A stretch of 64,000 nt of DNA from assembly GCA_037442885.1 (NCBI GenBank), contig JBBIPK010000009.1, positions 4,249 through 68,248 on the forward strand, given 5' to 3'. The position numbers and the translations under genes were made by a program. Below are positions 60,456 to 64,000 of this stretch, in pieces. Under the pieces are notes generated by a model. The model did no database searches, was not told the origin of the DNA, and worked only from the letters and a program-made list of their open reading frames with translations. This DNA is from Acidobacteriota bacterium. GTDB taxonomy: Bacteria; Acidobacteriota; Terriglobia; Acidiferrales; 2-02-FULL-67-57. Each line of letters begins with the position of its first letter. Positions within the stretch are counted from its first letter, which is position 1.

Positions 60456-60490
60456 TTTCGAGTTTCGATTTTCGAGTTTCGTTCTTCGAT
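60456..60490. repeat. heptanucleotide tandem array TTTCGAK (5 units)
   Basis: The units are TTTCGAG, TTTCGAT, TTTCGAG, TTTCGTT and CTTCGAT, in exact 7-nt register. The array fills the 53-nt gap between the convergent hutH and hydrolase stops. Confidence 0.65.
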
Positions 60491-60491
60491 T

Positions 60492-61514
60492 TCAAGCGAG
60501 GGCGCGATGGAGGAAGGGAACGAAACGCAGGCCGGCGAGCCAACTGAAGGGGAAATAACCCAGCGTGTAGTGACCGCAGGGCAGCAGGAGCCGCTCGTAG
60601 GGAATCTGCCAGCGCTCGAACTCCGCCCAGAGCTCGGCCGAAAACTCCGGCAGGAAGGCGCGGTCGTAGCGGCCGGAGATGAGCAGGCACTGCTTCCCCG
60701 CCCCGGCCATCCGCCGCACGTAGGGAAACGGACTGATGGGCAACCAGTAGTGACGCAACTCTGCCGGAGTAACGTGCGCGCGCAGGCTCTCCCATACATG
60801 CGCAGTCGTCATCCCCGTGCGCACTACATCGGCGAAATAGGTCGAGACGTGGAGGAACACGCCGGCCCGGAGCGCCGGCTCGTGGGCGAGCGTGATGAAG
60901 GCAATCGCCGACCCCAGGCTCGTGCCGAGAATCCCCAGCCGGCGGTAGCCTTGCTCGCGCAGCCAGGGCACGAGCCGCCGCACGTCCAGCACCGCTTGCC
61001 GCGAAGCCTCAAGCGTCAGCCCCACGTTCGGGCACACCATCTGGTCGGCGCGCTCGGCACCGGGCGGCTGGCGCTCGTCGTGGTAGGGCAGGCTGAGACG
61101 CACAGCGGTCATCCCAAAGCGCGCCAGGGTGCGACAAATGTTGACGTGGCTTTCCGGCTCGGCATTCCACTGCGGCAGGACAATGACGGCGCGCTCTCCT
61201 CGACGCGATCCAGGCGCGCCCGACTCGAAGATGCGCGCATACACGGTGTTGTTCTCCGGAAACGCGGTCTGAATCGCGCTTGGGAAGAGCAGGCGGTCGC
61301 CTTCCCGCCGGTACCACGGCGCGGGCTCGGTCGCAAAGAAACGCTCACTGTCGGCCACTGCCTGCGCCGCATACTCCGCCAAAAACGCCCGCGGCTCGAC
61401 TCCGGGGCCGTCCGTTCCCAGGTACTCTATCCCCCAGCCGAAGGGCTGGAGCCGCCGGCGCGTCTCCCGCCGCCAATGCGCCCGTTCGACGGATTGGATG
61501 AAGTAGCCAAACAC
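60492..61514 (-). CDS. alpha/beta-fold hydrolase
   Basis: 340 aa with a GTG start. It has the nucleophile elbow GxSxG (ILGTSLGSAIAF) and overall alpha/beta-hydrolase spacing. The subfamily is unknown. Confidence 0.7.
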   Translation of the reverse strand: MFGYFIQSVERAHWRRETRRRLQPFGWGIEYLGTDGPGVEPRAFLAEYAAQAVADSERFFATEPAPWYRREGDRLLFPSAIQTAFPENNTVYARIFESGAPGSRRGERAVIVLPQWNAEPESHVNICRTLARFGMTAVRLSLPYHDERQPPGAERADQMVCPNVGLTLEASRQAVLDVRRLVPWLREQGYRRLGILGTSLGSAIAFITLAHEPALRAGVFLHVSTYFADVVRTGMTTAHVWESLRAHVTPAELRHYWLPISPFPYVRRMAGAGKQCLLISGRYDRAFLPEFSAELWAEFERWQIPYERLLLPCGHYTLGYFPFSWLAGLRFVPFLHRALA

Positions 61515-61563
61515 GGTAAGCGGGGACTGTAGTGATTTTGAAAGCGGTGTGTCAATCCCAGGC

Positions 61564-61617
61564 TGTACGCTGTACCTCGTACTTTGTACCGTGTGCCTTG
61601 TACTTTGTACCTGCTAC
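61564..61617. repeat. heptanucleotide tandem array TGTACYN (7-8 degenerate units)
   Basis: The units are TGTACGC, TGTACCT, CGTACTT, TGTACCG, TGTGCCT, TGTACTT, TGTACCT and (T)GCTACGG, with starts at 61564, 571, 578, 585, 592, 599 and 606. The array lies in the divergent region between the hydrolase and GT2 genes. Confidence 0.65.
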
Positions 61618-61631
61618 GGCGTGCGGGGATT

Positions 61632-61640
61632 TGCGATAAT
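61632..61640 (+). promoter_or_regulatory. candidate extended -10, TGCGATAAT
   Basis: It ends 9 nt before ATG 61650 and no SD lies in between. This would give a leaderless or near-leaderless mRNA. Confidence 0.3.
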
Positions 61641-61649
61641 CGGGCGCGC

Positions 61650-62438
61650 ATGAAGCTGACCGCTACCCTCATCACCCGCAACGAGGAGCGGAATCTCCCC
61701 CGCGTACTGGCCTCCCTGCGCCTGGCGGACGAAATCATTGTGGTGGACGCGGGGAGCAGGGACCAGACCGTGGCCATTGCCCGCCAGCAGGGCGCACGCG
61801 TCCTGGAGAGGCCCTGGACGAATTTTGCCGAACAGAAAAATTTCGCCGCCGCGCAGGCGACCCACGACTGGATTTTCAACCTCGATGCCGACGAAGCTTT
61901 GAGCCCAGCGCTCGAAGCCGAACTCCGCGCCTGGAAGGAAGCTGAGCCGCAGGCGGTCGCTTACCGGATGCCGCGCAAGGCGCGCTATCTGGGCGAATGG
62001 ATTCGGCACTCGGGCTGGTATCCGGACCCCAAGATTCGCCTCTACCGGCGCGACCGCGCCCGCTTTGTCGGCGCGCTGCACGAGACCATCAGAACCGAGG
62101 GGCCGGTGGGAGATTTCGAAGGCGAAATTCTACATTTTACCTGCGACTCGCTCGCCGACCACGTGGCCCAAGTCAACTTCTTCACCACGCTTGCCGCCCG
62201 CGAACTCTACGCGCAGGCGGGAAACCACCGCCGCCGCGGCTGGCTCTTGCCGGCCATGCTCGCCCCGCCGCTCACGTTTCTGCGCACCTACTTTCTCCAG
62301 CAAGGCTTCCGCGACGGCTATCGAGGTTTCCTGATTGCGGCGATGGCCGGGTTTTACGTCTTCCTGAAGTACGCCAAACTCGGCGTGCTGGCCGGCGGCG
62401 GCACGCTCGACGAGCCCACGGCATGGCGTCAACCCTGA
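61650..62438 (+). CDS. family 2 glycosyltransferase (LPS-core WaaE/KdtX-like)
   Basis: From ATG 61650: MKLTATLITRNEERNLPRVLASL...IIVVDAGSRDQT...FNLDADE (DxD). Confidence 0.8.
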   Translation: MKLTATLITRNEERNLPRVLASLRLADEIIVVDAGSRDQTVAIARQQGARVLERPWTNFAEQKNFAAAQATHDWIFNLDADEALSPALEAELRAWKEAEPQAVAYRMPRKARYLGEWIRHSGWYPDPKIRLYRRDRARFVGALHETIRTEGPVGDFEGEILHFTCDSLADHVAQVNFFTTLAARELYAQAGNHRRRGWLLPAMLAPPLTFLRTYFLQQGFRDGYRGFLIAAMAGFYVFLKYAKLGVLAGGGTLDEPTAWRQP

Positions 62439-63526
62439 ACACCCTCCACGTGGACTTGCGGCCGGATTGGCGCGGCGGCCAATACCAGGCCTGGCTCCTG
62501 CTGCGCGGCCTGGCCGCGCGCGGCCACCGCGTTTCCCTGCTCACCGTGCGCGGAAGCCCCCTGGCAAAGCGTGCGCAACACACCCGCATTCCGGTCGAGG
62601 AAGTCTCATCCAGCTTTGCCCGCCTCCGGGCCGCCCGCCGTCTGCGGGAACTCGTGCACCGCGAACGCTTCGACGTCGTGCACGCGCACGAGGCCCATGC
62701 CCACACCGCACTCTGGCTCGCCCGGATTCCAGGCCCCGGCGCGCGCATTGTTTCGCGCCGCGTTACCTACTCTCCTGCGGGCAACTGGCTTTCCGGAAGG
62801 AAATATCGGAGTGGGCTCGACCGCTACATCGCCGTCTCCGACCACGTCCGCCAGAGTCTGGCGACGAAAGGCCTCGTCAATGTGTCAGTGGTCCACGACG
62901 GCGTGGAGCTGCCGGTCGTGTCCTCCCCGGCAAGTCGGAAGGACGCGCGCACGCGCCTGGGCATCCCACTGGATGGCGTTGTGCTCTCCTGCCTGAGCGT
63001 GCTGGAGCCGGGCAAAGGCCAGGCGGCTGTCATCGATGCCCTGCCGGCCATTCGGCAATCCCTCCCCGCCACGCTCCTGCTCGGGGGTGAGGGTTCCCTG
63101 CGGCGAGAACTTGAGCAGCGCGTGCGCGCGCTGGGAGTAGACTCCGCCGTCCGCTTCTTGGGCTACGTCGACAACTTGGAAGCATTCTTTGCGGCAACCG
63201 ACATTTTTATCTTTTTGGCGCAGAATGAAGGCCTGGGAACTTCGCTCTTGCACGCGATGGCGCACCAATTGCCCGTGATCGCGCTCGATGAGACCGCGGC
63301 TGCGGAGGTGATCCGCGACGGTGAATCCGGCCGGCTCCTCCATAGCAGCCGGCCCGAGGCCGTGGCCGGCGCCGTCCTCTACCTCGCGCGCCATCCGGAG
63401 CTGGCGCGCGAATTGGCGCTGCAAGCCCGCACCACCATCACCGAACGCTTTACGGCCGATCATATGGTGGAGAAAACGCTCAAGGTGTATCGCTCCGTCC
63501 GCCAGTCGCAGGACAGCGCGCTATGA
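62423..63526 (+). CDS. family 4 (GT-B) glycosyltransferase
   Basis: From ATG 62423: MASTLNTLHVDLRPDWRGGQ.... The C-terminal half has the GT4 EX7E region (EGLGTSLLHAMAHQLPVIA). It overlaps the upstream gene by 16 nt. Confidence 0.8.
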   Translation: MASTLNTLHVDLRPDWRGGQYQAWLLLRGLAARGHRVSLLTVRGSPLAKRAQHTRIPVEEVSSSFARLRAARRLRELVHRERFDVVHAHEAHAHTALWLARIPGPGARIVSRRVTYSPAGNWLSGRKYRSGLDRYIAVSDHVRQSLATKGLVNVSVVHDGVELPVVSSPASRKDARTRLGIPLDGVVLSCLSVLEPGKGQAAVIDALPAIRQSLPATLLLGGEGSLRRELEQRVRALGVDSAVRFLGYVDNLEAFFAATDIFIFLAQNEGLGTSLLHAMAHQLPVIALDETAAAEVIRDGESGRLLHSSRPEAVAGAVLYLARHPELARELALQARTTITERFTADHMVEKTLKVYRSVRQSQDSAL

Positions 63527-64000
63527 GCCTGCTCCTCGTCTTCCTCCTCGGCCTCGCCATCGGCAGCTTCCTCAACGTCTGCATCTACCGGCTGCCCCGC
63601 GGCGAATCCATCGTACATCCGCGCTCCCGCTGTCCTCACTGCCAGGCGCAGATTCGCGCGACCGACAACATCCCCGTCGTAAGCTATCTGCTGCTGCGCG
63701 GGCGCTGCCGGAACTGTCACCAGCCGATTGCGGCATTCTATCCCCTGGTCGAGTTGGCCAGCGCCGGCTTGCTTGCTCTCCTCTATCTGCGTCACGGGCT
63801 TTCTCCGCTCGGGTGGAAGAACGCCGTCTTTGCTCTCTTGCTCCTGGTTCTGATCGTGACCGACCTGCGCGACCGCATCCTCCCCGATGTCCTAACCCTT
63901 CCAGGAATTGCTGCCGGAGTCGTGTTTTCGCTCTCTATTCCCGTCGCCGACGAATCCGCCGCCCTCCTCATAGGCCTGACCGGCTGGATCCCCCACTGGC
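63523..64000 (+). CDS. pilD: prepilin peptidase/N-methyltransferase (A24 family), N-terminal part (runs off the right edge)
   Basis: Not in the ORF track. Manual translation from ATG 63523 (ATGA overlap) gives MSLLLVFLLGLAIGSFLNVCIYRLPRGESIVHPRSRCPHCQAQIRATDNIPVVSYLLLRGRCRNCHQPIAAFYPLVE.... This is the classic GSFLNV..RLP, CPxC...DNIPxxS...RGxCRxC pattern. Confidence 0.85.
   Translation, partial: MSLLLVFLLGLAIGSFLNVCIYRLPRGESIVHPRSRCPHCQAQIRATDNIPVVSYLLLRGRCRNCHQPIAAFYPLVELASAGLLALLYLRHGLSPLGWKNAVFALLLLVLIVTDLRDRILPDVLTLPGIAAGVVFSLSIPVADESAALLIGLTGWIPHW

Noticed and set aside
58984-60795. 603-aa minus-strand ORF spanning hutH, the heptamer array and part of the hydrolase gene.
   Set aside because: It is antisense to an unambiguous histidine ammonia-lyase and crosses an intergenic repeat. 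The composition is low-complexity.
60456-61617. Possibility that the short tandem arrays are CRISPR or minisatellite coding repeats.
   Set aside because: The units are 7 nt with no spacers, the total length is 35-54 nt, and no cas genes are present. This is not a CRISPR architecture, and the arrays are intergenic.

Overview
High-GC chromosomal segment (third codon positions are almost all G/C) from a diderm bacterium: LpxD, MurJ, TolC, LepB and PilD are present. BshC and large secreted PD40-amidohydrolase fusions make an Acidobacteriota-like origin plausible, but that is inference only. I recognise about 58 densely packed protein genes, many joined by 1-4 nt start/stop overlaps. I found no rRNA, tRNA, CRISPR array, transposase or prophage; XerD is the only recombinase. 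Positions 1-33 kb are mostly housekeeping: accA, dnaE, a CCA/poly(A) polymerase family gene, xerD, murJ, lpxD, plsC, mgtC, then MTAP, an MBL hydrolase, mce, meaB and an acyl-CoA dehydrogenase, then ltaE, yjbQ, bshC, a dapA-like gene, carB, carA, lepB, rsmE, dnaJ, grpE, hrcA, an aldehyde dehydrogenase and htrA. Positions 33-64 kb are more accessory and hold the main second-look items. (1) A one-promoter array at 49.0-60.4 kb has a B12 mutase with the isobutyryl-CoA-mutase residue signature, followed by an atypical crotonase, two thiolase-fold paralogues lacking the thiolase catalytic residues, and two DUF35 zinc-ribbon/OB proteins. This looks like a candidate undescribed non-thiolytic C-C lyase or condensing module. 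The array continues into a secreted PD40-amidohydrolase, a 4HBT thioesterase and histidine ammonia-lyase. (2) A 1020-aa tri-domain protein combines a hydroxylysine-kinase-like APH domain, an intact M23 peptidase domain and an ETNPPL/PHYKPL-type phospho-lyase aminotransferase domain, with two SDR genes downstream. (3) carA is otherwise intact but has an in-frame TAG. (4) Degenerate heptanucleotide (period-7) tandem arrays recur in at least five intergenic regions, and two different arrays flank an alpha/beta-hydrolase gene. (5) A half-length EamA transporter ORF has no stop codon and runs antisense into an SDR gene. (6) There is a 90-nt nested-palindrome REP/MITE-like element. (7) A promoter-proximal 84-aa zinc-ribbon ORF is coupled to a short LeuA-like lyase and two secreted hydrolases. 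All functional calls come from reading the supplied translations and the DNA by eye; no database search was run.
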